Counted from the stretch's first letter, positions 26,131 through 39,989 are shown. The stretch is DNA of 64,000 nt from Octopus vulgaris (GCA_951406725.2 OX597826.1:68386001-68450000); one strand, 5' to 3'. The notes: generated from the letters alone by a model not told the origin. Made by a program: numbers and translations.

Positions 26131-26770
26131 GAGGTGCGAAATGAAGTGTGCATGAGGGCGTGATTGTGCTGACAATGTTATATGGTGCAGAGACGTAGGA
26201 GCTGAGAGAAGCGGAAAGGAGGCGACTAGATATGTTGGAGACCAAAAGTAAAAAGGTTAATTAAAAACAAAAATTTTGAATATTTTGAGTGTGACACAGA
26301 TGGACAGGATGAGGAATGAGAAGATGCAATGGGGAACAGAATGAGAAAAAAAAAGCTAACAAAAATTGAGAGACGAATGTTGAGTAGGTTTGGCCACATG
26401 GAGAGGATGGATGAGGAGTGGGTTTTAAGGAGAGTAATGAAGGTAGAAGTGGCAGGCAGGCCTCAGTTTGTGAGGATGGATCGAGTGAGGAAAGCTTTGG
26501 TAGTTAAAGGTGTTGGAGTGAGAGAGGCAAGCGTGTTTAGAAATGACAGGAATGTTTGTGGATGGATGAGTGAATTTGATGTTGCCCAAAGGAGAACGGA
26601 ACCAGCATGATGCGGCGTGGGTAAACCAGCATATGCTATCGAGCCCGCTACTGAAATTTGGGGTTGCATTCTCTGCTTACACTCGAGCATACACTTTGAG
26701 CTTGGAAATGAATGAAACGCCTGAAGTGTGTCTTGTTGTGGCTACCTCCTCCTAAAAAAATATAGGAAAT
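26131..26770 (+). mobile_element. RTE-clade LINE 3' fragment (pseudogenised RT C-terminus and 3' UTR)
   Basis: HEGVIVLTMLYGAET*ELREAERRRLDMLE, VTQMDRMRNE, RFGHMERMDE and GRPQF match RTE-type post-RT motifs (LLYGAETW, RWFGHVERM, GRP). Confidence 0.88.
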
Positions 26771-26809
26771 ATGCCTGGGTATATATAAAAACAGATTTCA
26801 ATGATTTCA

Positions 26810-27032
26810 TTTACTCTTTTACTCTCTTGTTTCTTTTACTTGTTTCAGTCATTTGACTGCGGCCATGCTGGAGCACCGCCTTTAATCGAGCAAATCGACC
26901 CCAGGACTTATTCTTTGGAAGCCGAATACTTATTCTATCGGTCTCCTCTGCCGAACCGTTAAGTGACGGAGACGTAAACATACCAGCATCGGTTGTCAAG
27001 TGATGGTGGGGGGATAAACACATCACACACAC

Positions 27033-27122
<90 letters not shown>

Positions 27123-27298
27123 TATATACATATATACGACGGGCTTATTTCAGTTTCCGTCTACCAAATCCACTCACAAGGTTATGGTCGGCCCGAGGGA
27201 GGCTATAGTAGAAGATACTTGCCCAAAGTGCAACGCAGTGGGACTGAACCTGGAACAATGTGGTTGCTAAGCAAGCTAGTTACCACACAGCCACTCCT
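26810..27298 (-). mobile_element. Family B SINE, full length with expanded internal (CA)/(TA)
   Basis: Both halves are conserved against 18866-19267. Confidence 0.93.
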
Positions 27299-27921
27299 CC
27301 ATAGATTTTAGTAAAAATATCATAGCCAAATGTACTAATAAGTCCCACCAAAATTTTCAAAAGCGCTGTTTTAACATGAATAGTTTTCATGATGGTTTCA
27401 CCAATGAGGAAATAGAAAAACCATTTCCTGTAGATGAAACGGTTCTGTTTAATAATGATCAATGTTCATATCGGGACAACACTTAGACTTTACTATAAAT
27501 TACTTGAATACATTAACTGTTTAAGGCTTACCATTATACACATTAAAATTGATAACTAATGTTATAATCATTCTCCCAAGTACAGCTGGGGAATTTAATA
27601 GCATGTGTAACAGTACAAGTTTAGTTGTTAAAGACATTAAAAAAGAATTATGAAGGCGAAAATGGTAACCGAAGGTCGTCATTACGGAAAAAAAATGTTC
27701 ATTCCAAGAATCAGTCTTTCTTCAATCGGTGGAGAATTACCGTTTCAATTAATTAAACAACAATTTTCTATAATGTATTAGGGGTGACGATAATAATTAA
27801 TTAATCACAAGGGCAAACATTTGAGTAGATTAGTTTATGACTATCAAAGCTCATTATCCACACATGTGCAACTGTATAATGCCTTATTCAGAGTGTCCGC
27901 AGGGTCATATATATATGTATA

Positions 27922-28004
<83 letters not shown>

Positions 28005-28089
28005 ATATATCTGTGTGTGTCTTTCATTGTGTGTGTGCATATATATACATACATACATACATACATGCACATATACATATATTTATATG

Positions 28090-28142
<53 letters not shown>

Positions 28143-29418
28143 CACACACACATATATCATAACTTATATATATGTATATGTGTGTGTGTGTTTATGTGTG
28201 CTAAATGACAAACATGCCATAAAATTATTTGTATACGAAGTTCTCATTTAGAAATATTTCTGACAATAACATATTAATTACGGTCATACAGAAGAGCAAA
28301 TACGATTTCTCAACACAGCATTTGGCTTGCCATCATTTGCACTCGAACTTAAGAAATATGAAATATTTCATTTGCTGCTCATTTATTTCCACTTTTCTAT
28401 TTGTGCTGAATTCGCTACTTTCAATATTTGAATTTCAATTGGTTTTATCGACGATTAAACAGAAAACAACTTCCATGGACAGCACAAAGTATCAAATCAT
28501 GTACCAATGCAAAGATAGGACACATTTCAAGAGAGTTTTTCATTCTATTCAATCTGCTGCATTTCATTTATTCATTTACCTTTCCGTTTCTGAAGTACAC
28601 TTCTGTAACATTCGTGGAAAATTACATATTAGCAACAAGTTTGCATATTGAAAACACCAGAGCATTAATACCATCTGAACACTATAATTGCAGCTGGTGG
28701 GATTACAACATCAATTACATGCAAACTTTATTATAATCTACATATACTTCATTCACTCATTCATCATCTCTTACTGTTTTCATATCCTTTTTCATACCAA
28801 CTAATTTAAATATTACTCTGCTTTCTATAACTGTCCTTTCGCATGAGAACAGTTCAAACTAGTTCATAAGTAACAGGAGTTGTTTACACAACATCGGGGA
28901 CGGCAATGGGGAAAGAATTTCAACCAACTCTTATCATGCAATAAATATACTTCATTCATTGATCATTCATTTTCACTTTTCTCTTTCAAAATTTACGTCG
29001 CATTTTTGTAAACTTCTATAAAGATTAACCATCAACGTCTTACAAAGATAATTCAAACTATGAAATATGTTATTCATCAATACATTACAAAATTCACTAT
29101 ATAAACCTACAGTATTTATAACATTTGCAATATTTTATAATTCTAGACTTAAAGAGATTTACTTCTTATATACGTTTTTGATCGCCTTGCTTGCATGCAA
29201 ATGATGTTACTTTCCTTTTTAATAATTATTGATCTATTTATATTTTTTACTTTTTTGACCTCCTCCTCCCAACTTCCCCAAATCACAAAAAAGCTACGAA
29301 AGGGCTTAATCCGATTTTTTATGCAATTTCTGAAAAACAATTTTTGTAATCTGTACTTACTGTAATCGATAAATAAATATTCAATGTAAATTGGATTAAT
29401 AGATTTATCTATATATTT

Positions 29419-29500
<82 letters not shown>

Positions 29501-30292
29501 GTTTACTTTACAAAGCCAGAAAGACTTTCAATATCAAGTACGAAGGGGGAATCTCACGAAGGGGGAATGTCTTTCATCAGATTCATTTCCTTCTTGACCG
29601 CCATGTTATTTTGCGTTATGTCTAATATTAATTACATTATTCCATGACTCGTTAAGGTGATAGGGTCTGACTTGGGAGCAATTTTAACATATTTAAAATT
29701 AATAGAAATGCTTAAACATGTAAGAAACCCATTGGGTGTGTTCCGAATATTAATTTGAAGCTATTTTAAACTTATCAACGACGGAGAAATTATTGCACAT
29801 GCCAACGAAATATTCTTAAACACTTTAAACAATAGACACAAATGAACTGCAGTATTTGTTTTAACCATAACCAGGTGTTTATTGGGGAATACAATGTATA
29901 GGAATTTATAATATAATATTAAAGCAAATAGCTATATTTAAAATGGTGTGTTCGCACTCGTATAAATATAAGATATACAAATATGTTCGAATGACATAAA
30001 GTAATAAAGAAAGAATGTCTGAGAGGAAGAGGATGGAGAAAAGAGGCAGAGGTAGGCAGTTAAGGGGTAGGTAATTTGTAAGATTTTACGGTGGTTATAA
30101 AGAGCTTCGTCGAATGAATTTTCCTTTCAGTATCCATATTTAAGTTCCTGAACGCAAGAGATCTTGATGCATTATATCAGCCGAATACACATTTATGTAC
30201 CTATACACATACAGACACGCACGCACACACTCACACACAACACACATACGCTCACACACTCACAAACACACACACATACACATGTATATACC

Positions 30293-30327
<35 letters not shown>

Positions 30328-30333
30328 GAGGGG

Positions 30334-30540
30334 AGATTCAGATGAATATGGTACTTAAATTGAGGCCCCACAATTTAGTACGGTATTATCCGTACAATTT
30401 CAAGGTAAGGTGATTAAAATCAAAATAAGCAACAAGGATATCTAGAGGTAATGCAGTACGATCGTTTCATGCAACTCCATGTACTTGCATGAAACGATCG
30501 TACTGCATTACCTCTAGATATCCTTGTTGCTTATTTTGAT
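30334..30540. repeat. Fold-back mini-element with hammerhead 3' half
   Basis: Perfect 56-bp arms at 30419-30474 and 30485-30540 with a 10-nt loop. Contains GAAAC-GATC-GTA. Homologue at 41546-41730. Confidence 0.92.
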
Positions 30541-30857
30541 ATATATATATGCAATGTCTGCACATAGTTTATTCATTTCCATAAGCACATTTGCTAAAAA
30601 TTGAGAGGGACTACTGATTGGATATTTCACGATTTCCTTCTCAGAGGAAGATATACTCGGCTATGTCCCCCACCAATAAAGAAGACATATTACTCAACTT
30701 CTATATAAACCAGTCAGTCATAAATTAAGCTAGCACCAGACGAGACTTGCATATTTGTGGGTTTAACTTAACAATATATATACATATATACATTCATGCA
30801 CAACCCATTGAATTAGAACTGAAATAAATTTTGATAATACACACACATACTACAGCC

Positions 30858-31205
30858 GGAGTCGGGCTTACCTTTCACTTTTTCAGGGTCACTTAAATAA
30901 GTAGAAGTTGACTACTGTGGTGTAATCGACTTATCCCTATCCCTGAATTTGCTGGGCTTGTGCCAAAATTTGAAACCAATATTAAACACACATTAAGACG
31001 GTGAGCTGGCAGAATCGTTGGCGAAATACTTAGAGGTATTTAATCTGTCTTCATGTTCGGAGTTCAAATTCCGCCGAACGTCGAGTTCGCCTTTCATCCA
31101 TAAGGAATCAATAAAATGAGTACTAGATGAGTACTGGAGGCCGTTAATTGACTCATCCCCTCCCCTAGCATGCTGGCCTCGTGCCAAAATTTGAAATCAA
31201 TATTA
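30858..31205 (+). mobile_element. Two tandem family C SINE copies (alternative tail)
   Basis: A partial copy (30858-30985) is followed by a full copy (30996-31205). Both end in TGTGCCAAAATTTGAAA-like sequence, and AATATTAAACACACAT is duplicated around the second. Confidence 0.82.
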
Positions 31206-31443
31206 AACACACATATACACATTTACATACACATACTTATACATTCACACAGAATCCCACACATACAAGTATGCATATACGTATGCATCAGAAAGGCGGT
31301 GGTGGAGAACAGCAAGAACCTAAACGCATGCGGAATGACCGTCTCATGATTTGTTGACCGTCACGTAGAAAACTGTACTTGGTTTATTCCCGAACCACAT
31401 GAATAGTAACACAATATTTAGCTACTATATTTAGCTACTATTA

Positions 31444-31665
31444 AGGCGGCGAGCTGGCAGAAACGTTAGCACGCCGGGCGAAAAGCTTAGTGGTATTTCG
31501 TCTGCCGTTACGTTCCGAGTTCAAATTCCGCCGAGGTCGACTTTGCCTTTCATTCCTTCCGGGGTCGATAAATTAAGTACCCGTTACGCACTTGGGTCGA
31601 TGTAATCGACTTAATCCGTTTGTCTGTCCTCTGTGTTTAGCCCCTTGTGGGTAGTAAACAAATAA
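31444..31665 (+). mobile_element. Family C SINE, young full copy
   Basis: GGCGGCGAGCTGGCAGAAACGTTAGC head, B box GTTCAAATTCC and a Nin/Deu-like domain. TSD ATATTTAGCTACT at 31427-31439 and 31666-31678. Confidence 0.93.
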
Positions 31666-32602
31666 ATATTTAGCTACTCTATAAAGATGCCCTGAATTAC
31701 GCTGGGCCATTAATGGATATTCTAATATAGATTAGTGTATTTTTAGCAACATCAGAATAGATCACATGTTTCTTGTTAACTGCATTAGAAGACGTTAAAC
31801 ATCATTTATGCTCAACATAGCAGGAATCGAGGACTCAGATTAAGTTGCTTACTTCCGGCGTAGGTTATTTTTATGCTACCATAATAATCACGAAGACTCG
31901 CTGTTAATGTATTGTTATTCTCATTCTATTTGGTAGCTAAATTCGAGTTAACCTTTCTTAACCCAACGGAATATGTATGCACACACGCACACACACAAAC
32001 AAACAATACTTTAGAGCCAGTTATTTTTAGCGATGCACCGTAAAACCAAGATTGTTACTATATATGTATTAATGAGCGAAATCTTGTTCACAGTAGATCA
32101 CGCCCTTATCGTAAATAGCACTGCGAACACACATCACTAGATTGTTACTTTATGCAAATGTAATGTTTTGATTGAAATATAAGGAAGTTATTTATCAATC
32201 ATACACTGACTCGAAAATGTAGTACAGTTTGAGGCCATTATTTTCGAATAACAGTAATTGTGAGAGGTATCTAGCTGGACCATGAAATATATAATTATAG
32301 ACGGCCTAGCGACGAACAATACTGTAAGATGAGCAAACTAACCCAGCCTTCAGAATGTTTTGAGAGCGAATGTGGGACAACAAAAGGTAAAATATCAGCT
32401 TGTTTTCGTGAAAATTGTTAAAAATTTTGGTTACAAATTTTTATTGCTATACGCTGGTGCCTCTGGGGAAAATATGTTGACGTAAATACAGCTAGGTCAT
32501 AACGAATGTCCTCCTAAAATTGGAGCGGCATGCGTGCTAATTTGTGGACGTGCATAAATTACATTCACATAGACACGCAAACACACATCCTGTCTTTTAT
32601 AT

Positions 32603-32644
<42 letters not shown>

Positions 32645-33801
32645 TTATGTTTTGACTTCTACTTTTCTGTTTGCATCGCCAAACATGTATTTATATATGT
32701 ATGTTTATTAGCGATGAATTGAGAGAGGAGATATTTATTGCATACATTTACCTGTTTCTCATCATGTTGTTATATAATACATGTTAAATCGATAACTACA
32801 AAGGTATATAATATACATACACAAATATATATATTAACAAATATATGCGTGTGTTTACCCATATAAGGAAGGTGCTGCTTTAGAGAATGCACATATATAT
32901 ATAACGACATATATAACTAATAAACGTACGTATCACATTAATATCTGCCTTGCTATCTAATTTCCTTTCCTTTCCTTTCCTTCCTTATCAATCTTATAAA
33001 TTTGTAACAGAGATTTTAAAAAGTATTGCTAACTAATAATAGGCGTCCACTTGAGAAACTCAATGAAAGTGTACTCAATCACTGCATCACGTCTTATTTA
33101 AAATTGTGGAAACTTTTTATGGCGGTAAATGGGTTACAATTCATGATTCTTAAGTGTTAAGCCTGATTCAACAGACAGTTCAAAAATTACGAGCGATGTC
33201 ATTTTAAGGTCATATGTTGGCCTCACATATTTCAAATTGCCGAAACATTTTTCTGCTGTCGGTTGTAGTTTGAATAAGTGTGTTACTATTTGGAATAACA
33301 CAAATCAGCAAAATATCAGAATGTCATTGCTTTTTATTCTAGAATAAAAACTAAAAATTTCACAAATAAATGTGTATTTGAATTGACCTTTCGGCCTCGC
33401 GGATACTGGATTTCAGAAAAAAAAATAATCACAATAATTTTTTTTTTTTTTTCTGTGTGTGTTATAATCAACTTTAAAAAGTTTATATATAAGCCATTAT
33501 ACAGGTCAAAACATAATTTCAGTCATATCAGCTTTCCGAAAACTTTTGTTATTTTTTGCTATAATCGACAATTTTCAACTCATTTCCTGATCTCGACATC
33601 CAGAGGGTCAGATGTGAACTATACAACACAATTCCGCAAATATATAGCATGATTATACAACATGCGTTATATACATTACTACATTATATATTCAGGTTTC
33701 AATTCCATGTATTTTCTTACTGTAAACATGTAATTTCAACTTATTTTACGATGTAAACTTCCTGAAAGCCGGAGGAGAAATATATAAAACTGTTCTACAG
33801 A

Positions 33802-33956
33802 GGTGCAGGAATGATTAACTTGTTTAGCGGTTCTATTTGCAACCATGTAGTTTCGCGTTCAATCCTGCGAGATCCGAGTTAAACAATGCCATGGGAGTAA
33901 ATTTAGTAAATGGAAACGCGTGTGGAAGCGCGTTGATAATGTATGTGTGTGTATGC

Positions 33957-34016
<60 letters not shown>

Positions 34017-34295
34017 GCATGCATGTATGTATGTGTGTATGTTTGTATATATGTGTGTATGTACGCATGTATGTGTGTGTCTTTCAGTTTCCCTTTGTCC
34101 CTCCATACTGCTTGACAATGGTTTTGACTTGTTTTAGTTGGAACCTTTGACTTAGCGGTTCACCAATGTACATAGATAAAATAAATACCTGACTCAAAAC
34201 AATATACCTACTGGGGTCGATTAGTTCGATTGAACCCTTCAAGGCCGTCAGCCAGCAGGTTTTGAGTTGAATGACTGAAACAAGGAAAGAGTAAA

Positions 34296-34298
<3 letters not shown>
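33802..34298 (+). mobile_element. Old family B SINE
   Basis: Diverged head, central TA/TG tract, CTGGGGTCGATTAGTTCGA and a GAATGACTGAAACAAG...GTAAAAGA tail. Confidence 0.75.
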
Positions 34299-34342
<44 letters not shown>

Positions 34343-34434
34343 CATCACCACAGCTTCGGGATTGAAGTGTATGAAAGAACAAAAGAATATTAGTTACAAA
34401 ATTTCACATTGTATTTATATAATTTATTCGACTA

Positions 34435-34791
34435 CATTAACCCCTCGACTATCGTTGGTATTACGTTCCAAAATCTCCCGCAATAGGTGAAAATCTACGA
34501 AGTAGAAACAATACTGTAATAAATGTTTTTTTTTTTTAAATTTTGTAATTTGTATATATTTATTTTATTATAAATGCAACACAGCACCACGGATGAATCG
34601 TGGTTTTCGGAAAGCTGATATGACTGAAATTATGTTTTGACCTGTACACATGGCTTATATATAAACTTTTTAAAGTTGATTATAACACACACAGAAAAAC
34701 AATAATAATATTGGGATTTGCATAAATGCAAAACAACACTACGGATGAATAAACCGCAATGGGTGAACTGCGATATGGCAAGTGTTTATCT
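34435..34791. mobile_element. pogo/Tigger-type MITE carrying an internal insertion
   Basis: The left end TA-CATTAACCCCTCGACTATCG and the right end CTGCGATATGGCAAGTGTTTA resemble Tigger-like TIRs. Subterminal CCGCAATAGGTGAA and CCGCAATGGGTGAA repeats. Confidence 0.7.
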
Positions 34792-34799
34792 TATTGACA

Positions 34800-36410
34800 T
34801 GTAAATAGAAAGATCTCGGCGAAAGATAGTACCCTTTGTTTGAATTTAGGTTGCTTCTAACGGTGAAAATTGTGGCTTTGAAACCTCCGCTTCTCAAACA
34901 GTGCTGGAAGTGTTCTTTACTATTTCCACCTTATTCTGTTTTAGTTTTCTTATTTTTCCCTGTTGCTGGTTTCGCAATTGTTTCGTTATCTTTTACAATC
35001 ATTTTCACATAGTGTTCTACAGCCTCAATTTTCGTTCGGTGTTGGTATTTTCACAATTATATTGTCTTCTCCACTTTCTCTTTGCAATTGTCTTTCACTT
35101 CAGCCTGTATTTTGCGTTTGTTGGCTTCTTTGAACGTAGATAATAGTTTATAATTATATTATTATGCTTTGTAGCTACTTACACTTCCACAGTCATTTAC
35201 TACATATTTTTTTGTAGATCTACAGGGAATAATTTCTATTTACAGAATGGTGTGGCGTACTCTAAATATAGTCTTTATTTTTCGTGGTTTCCTCTCTAGT
35301 TTTGTTAATTCATTTACTGTCCATTTGAGAGTATTATAACTATAATTTATTACTATGACAGCTAGGTTACAAATGTCTCCATTTTTGCTCTTATTTTGTG
35401 TTTTGGTACGTTTTAAGCTCTAATCTATTGAGATTATTACATATAACTTTCTAACCTTTTATTTAATTTGTGTATGCAGTACACTCCCTAGTTCATTGCT
35501 TTCTAAGTATTTACCTGCTGTGCTTTATTGTAATTCTATTATCACACCTTCTTTATCTAACGACATTAATATTCTTAATTAATGTTCCCGTATTCAAGAT
35601 TTTCTTTGCACTTTTTTGTCACTCGAATCTCATATCTATTTCTGCAATCAATCCATTAGTTATATACAACAGTGTTGCGAATGATTTATCATATGCAGCC
35701 TACAACTTGAGGTCGTTCGTATAAAAATTCTGTTGTTTTGTCCTCCCATAATGATATTTCTATCTGTATCATCCAGTCTTGTTTAGCATATTACTCAAAT
35801 GTATTTGCGACACACAGAAAAAGCATTAGGAGAAGACACCATTTCCCTCTTTTTTATTGTGTCTAAATGAAAACAAAGTGTTGTAACTACAGTTGGCGAG
35901 GGTCCCCTTCTGGAGCACAATCAAGTCAGGAATATAAGCAGTGTTCATTGCTTATTAGCTGATCAGGTTTCATATCTATAGATATGGTCGTGTTGTCATC
36001 CATGATACGTGCACAGCATCGAATCGTGCTTAACACACAGCGAAGATGGTCTTAAATATCGGATTTGTGCATTTGTATCGACTCGCTGTTATTTAATGTA
36101 AGACGGATCCAATTATTAGACAAATAATTTCTGAATACCGACCCACAACATGCTTATTAAATGTTTGGAGGCAGATTTTGTCACTCAAGAAGTCCTCTTC
36201 AGTATCTAAGAGAAACTTCAGGAAGTATTATAGACTTTTGTCTTTAATTCAAATATGAGTGACGTCAAGGCGTAGCTCATTTGCTATAAATCTGTATCTT
36301 TTTCAGATTATTACCATGTGTGTCGGATTAATGCGGTGTCTTGTACTGCGTCATAATTTACTGTATGTGGTTGCCCTCCATTTTAGAAGCCATTCTGGGG
36401 GTTACCGTGT
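34800..36410 (-). pseudogene. Old R4/Dong-type non-LTR retrotransposon RT relic
   Basis: Minus strand gives PEWLLKWRATT, ILPE...RG, LSNMLNKTG, FYTNDLKL*A (LYMDDLKLYA, ~35710), KYLE and KWTVNELTKLERKPRK (W...EL..LDRKTRK). Many stops; the upstream half is weaker. Confidence 0.7.
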
Positions 36411-36547
36411 GTTGCTATTTTGGCGATTTATTGTTATTCACAAATGTGCAGACGGACGAAATATCGCTAATCATTTTGCACGGCGCGGTAATGATTCTGA
36501 CAGCATACCGCTCTCGTAACAAGGCTATCATTCAGTTCTATATTTAT

Positions 36548-36699
36548 AGAGACCCCCCCGCCACCTCCGTGGGATGAATTTAAAATAATAGACAGAGAAC
36601 ACCACTGGAAAATACAAAAAGCAAAAGAAGCAGCACATATGCTAGTACACAACAACATTCTAAGCAGACCGAGTGCAGATATGAGCAGCACATGGGAAC

Positions 36700-36706
<7 letters not shown>
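36548..36706 (+). pseudogene. Penelope-like GIY-YIG endonuclease C-terminal fragment
   Basis: PWDEFKIIDREHHWKIQKAKEAAHML...LSRPSADMSSTWERII matches the PLE EN tail pattern W...KIID.E..W..R..KEA.HI. Confidence 0.75.
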
Positions 36707-36736
<30 letters not shown>

Positions 36737-36740
36737 TAAT

Positions 36741-37230
36741 GCCCTGATGCAGTACCAGGCAGTGGCTCTCGTGGCTTCGGATCTTAACTGATTGGAAGTG
36801 CTATCATGTACATTGTTTTGTCTTGGTATAAAAAATAGGCTACAGCAAATATTCTGCTCAATACCACGGATTTGCTTGTCACTTGTTTGGCCTTAACCAG
36901 TTGAGCAAGTCCCTTGGTGGCTGACGATATGTGCATCTCTGACCAAGAGCAGAAGTAGTGGGGGAGCATCATAGCCATGTGTTGAGCGGGATTCTTTGGC
37001 GTTTGAATAATTCACCTCTGGAAACATGGGTGTTTCGTTTAACATCCTTAAACAACCCATATTCAGGGACCTTTTGAGTGGCATGGCTACTCGACCAGAA
37101 TAAAATTCTAACTGGTTGTGATGCATGTGCTTAGTGTACCCTTATCAGACGGGTAGTCATGATGGGTATGCTGGGCTTCGTATATATTATCCCAGTGTCA
37201 ATTTCATGGCATGCACTCCTCTCTCACTCA
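36741..37230. mobile_element. Unclassified ~490-bp element bounded by (TAA)n/(TAC)n
   Basis: A sharp GC-richer block between trinucleotide tracts inside the Dong cluster, with no recognisable ORF. Inferred to be a UTR or non-autonomous piece. Confidence 0.45.
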
Positions 37231-37231
37231 A

Positions 37232-37332
<101 letters not shown>

Positions 37333-37852
37333 GATTCGTATGGACTTAACAGAACAAAAATTGGTACGACCAGAAACCTGAAGGCATCGTTGGAAATAGA
37401 AATGCCAAGACCCTAAGGGATTTTATAATTCAGTGCGACCATGACATAGAGAATAGGAAGCCGGACATAGACTTAACTGAGAAAGAGATCAAACTATGCT
37501 GGATCATTGATATCGCATACCCAGCTTACAACAAGGTTTGCGATAAGGAACAAAGAAATTTCGAGAGACATGAAAGGTTAGCTTGGGAAGTTAAGCAGTT
37601 GTGGTGGATGAAAAGGGTAGCAGTACTACCAATAATTGTCAGAGCCCTGGGATCAGTGAGTAAAAATCTCTAGAAGTACGTGGAACAAATAAGGGCTCTA
37701 ATAAGGGTGGAGCACTTGCAGGAATCAGAATTGCTTGGAACCGCTCGAATACTCCGGAAGGTGCTCGAAGAATAAGAAGTGTTACCTTAGATCACTGGTA
37801 GTAAACAGATAACACTGTAGAACATCTCCAACGTTAGAAGCTCTGCAAAGGC
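37333..37852 (+). mobile_element. R4/Dong-type non-LTR 3' fragment (restriction-like endonuclease), family 1
   Basis: WYDQKPEGIV...DFIIQCDHDIENRKPDI...CWIIDIAYP...LAWEVKQLW...LPIIVRALG...LGTARILRKVL*, a PD-D RLE domain, flanked by (TAA)n. Confidence 0.9.
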
Positions 37853-37928
<76 letters not shown>

Positions 37929-37940
37929 TTGATAATAATA

Positions 37941-37985
<45 letters not shown>

Positions 37986-38010
37986 ATAATTATAATAATA
38001 ATAATAATAA

Positions 38011-38684
38011 TTAGCGCCTACAGAGTACCTCAACAGGCATTATAGAGCTGCACAATATATTCACTGGGTAATTTGCAAAAACCTGGATTTGCCCCATGAA
38101 AAAAAACTGATGGGAACACAATCCACCTCCAGTGCTTGAAAATGACCACATCTCACTCCTCTGGAACTTCACCATTCAAACTGACAAAAAGATAGATGCA
38201 AACAGGCCAGACATCATATTGAAAGACTTCAGACAAAGAACATGCTTCCTCATTGATATAAACGTATCTGTTAAGACCTACCAAAAACTGAGCAAATATA
38301 AAGATCTTGAAATAGAAATCTGCAAAATGTGGAACCTGAAGACTAAAACAATACCTGTTGTCATAGGTGCCCTGGGAATGATAGCGAAAGGGGCTGATTG
38401 CTACCTAACTCAGATACCAGGAAACCGCAAAATAGCAGAAATTCAAAAGATAGTGCTCATATCCTACGCAAAATACTCTCTATATAATCTCAAGGTTTAA
38501 AACAAACTTTTTTTTAAAATGTATTTATTAGACATTCACTAGTACAACACCAAAAAAAAACCCCCAAATATATGGCACACTAGGCATAACAACAACGTGA
38601 ACTTCCAACCTGTTGTCTCTTGAGGTCTCTGGGTGAGACTTGGAGCCAACTTGTACAAACATAAAGCAAAAGTCAAACATAGGA
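38011..38684 (+). mobile_element. R4/Dong-type non-LTR 3' fragment (RLE and 3' UTR), family 2
   Basis: LAPTEYLNRH..AAQYIHW...LLWNFTIQTDKKIDANRPDIIL...CFLID...KYKDLEIEICKMW...IPVVIGALG (ORF 38132-38500), flanked by (TAA)n. Confidence 0.92.
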
Positions 38685-38737
38685 TAATAATAACAATAAT
38701 GATGATGATGGTGATGATGATGATAGTGATAATGATG

Positions 38738-38909
<172 letters not shown>

Positions 38910-38924
38910 CAATAATCTAATTTA

Positions 38925-39113
38925 ATTTTGATGAAGGTGAATATTCAAATTCCTTCCACTCAAGTATTCGACAGGTACTTTTTTTATTCGACCCCAAAAG
39001 AATGAAAGGCAAAGTCGACATCGGCGGAATTTGGACTGAGGATCTAGAACGGCTCGAAATGCCGCCATGGCATTTTGCCCGGCGTAAAATCGATTCCGTC
39101 AGCTTGTCGCCTT
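38925..39113 (-). mobile_element. Family C SINE, diverged
   Basis: The reverse complement contains GGCGACAAGCTGACGGAATCG...GTCGACTTTGCCTTTCATTC..GGGGTCGAATAAAAAAGTACC. Confidence 0.75.
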
Positions 39114-39236
39114 CGGCAATCATAACGATGAAGAAAATGAACGCTTCATTTCGTTGTCAAATTACATTCATACAAGTTACTGCGACTGGTTACATGTGTG
39201 AATGACGCACTTGTGGCAAATAATCAAATAACGCTT

Positions 39237-39351
<115 letters not shown>

Positions 39352-39388
39352 GCTACTACTGCTGCTGCTGCTGCTGCTGCCGCTGGAC

Positions 39389-39452
<64 letters not shown>

Positions 39453-39517
39453 GCTATTATTATTATTATTGTTAATATGATTTGTTTGAGATGATGAGAT
39501 GTCGATAGCGATGTGAT

Positions 39518-39850
39518 GGCGCATGGCTCAGTGGTTAGAGCGTCGAGCTTACGATCGTGAGGTTGTGAGCTCGAATCCCGGACCGGGCTGCGTGTTGTGT
39601 TCTTAAGCAAGGCACTTTATTTCACGTTGCTCCAGTTCACTCAGCTGTAGAAATGAGTTGCGGCGTCACTAGTGCCAAGCTGTATCGACCTTTGTCTTTC
39701 CCTTGGTTAACACTGGTGGCGTGGAGAGGGAGGCTGGTATGCATGGGCCACTGCTGGTCTTCCATAAACAACCTTGCCCGGACTTGTGTCTAGGAGGGTA
39801 ACTTTCTAGGTGCAATCCCATGGTCATTCATGACCGAAGGGGGTCTTTAC
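39518..39850 (+). mobile_element. Family A SINE, full length
   Basis: A box TGGCTCAGTGG, B-box-like GCTCGAATCCC, CORE-like domain, and a tail ending TGACCGAAGGGGGTCTTTAC. Confidence 0.93.
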
Positions 39851-39905
39851 TTTATTATTATTATTATCATTATTCTTATTCTTATTCTTATTCTTATTAT
39901 TATTA

Positions 39906-39981
<76 letters not shown>

Positions 39982-39989
39982 CATTATTA

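Noticed and set aside
28229-28736. 140-aa and 102-aa ORFs in unique AT-rich DNA
   Set aside because: Non-ATG starts, no recognisable motifs or splice context; consistent with chance ORFs.
29515-29606. Minus-strand AACATGGCG start, a CUGAUGA...GAAA motif and tandem GGGGAAT kappaB-like sites
   Set aside because: The ORF stops after 16 codons, there is no stem II/III geometry for a hammerhead, and the paired sites come from a short local duplication.
39518-39590. tRNA-Arg-like sequence (also at 508, 8985-9056, 54320 and 60634-60712)
   Set aside because: Acceptor stems do not close and each runs into a SINE body, so these are SINE heads rather than tRNA genes.
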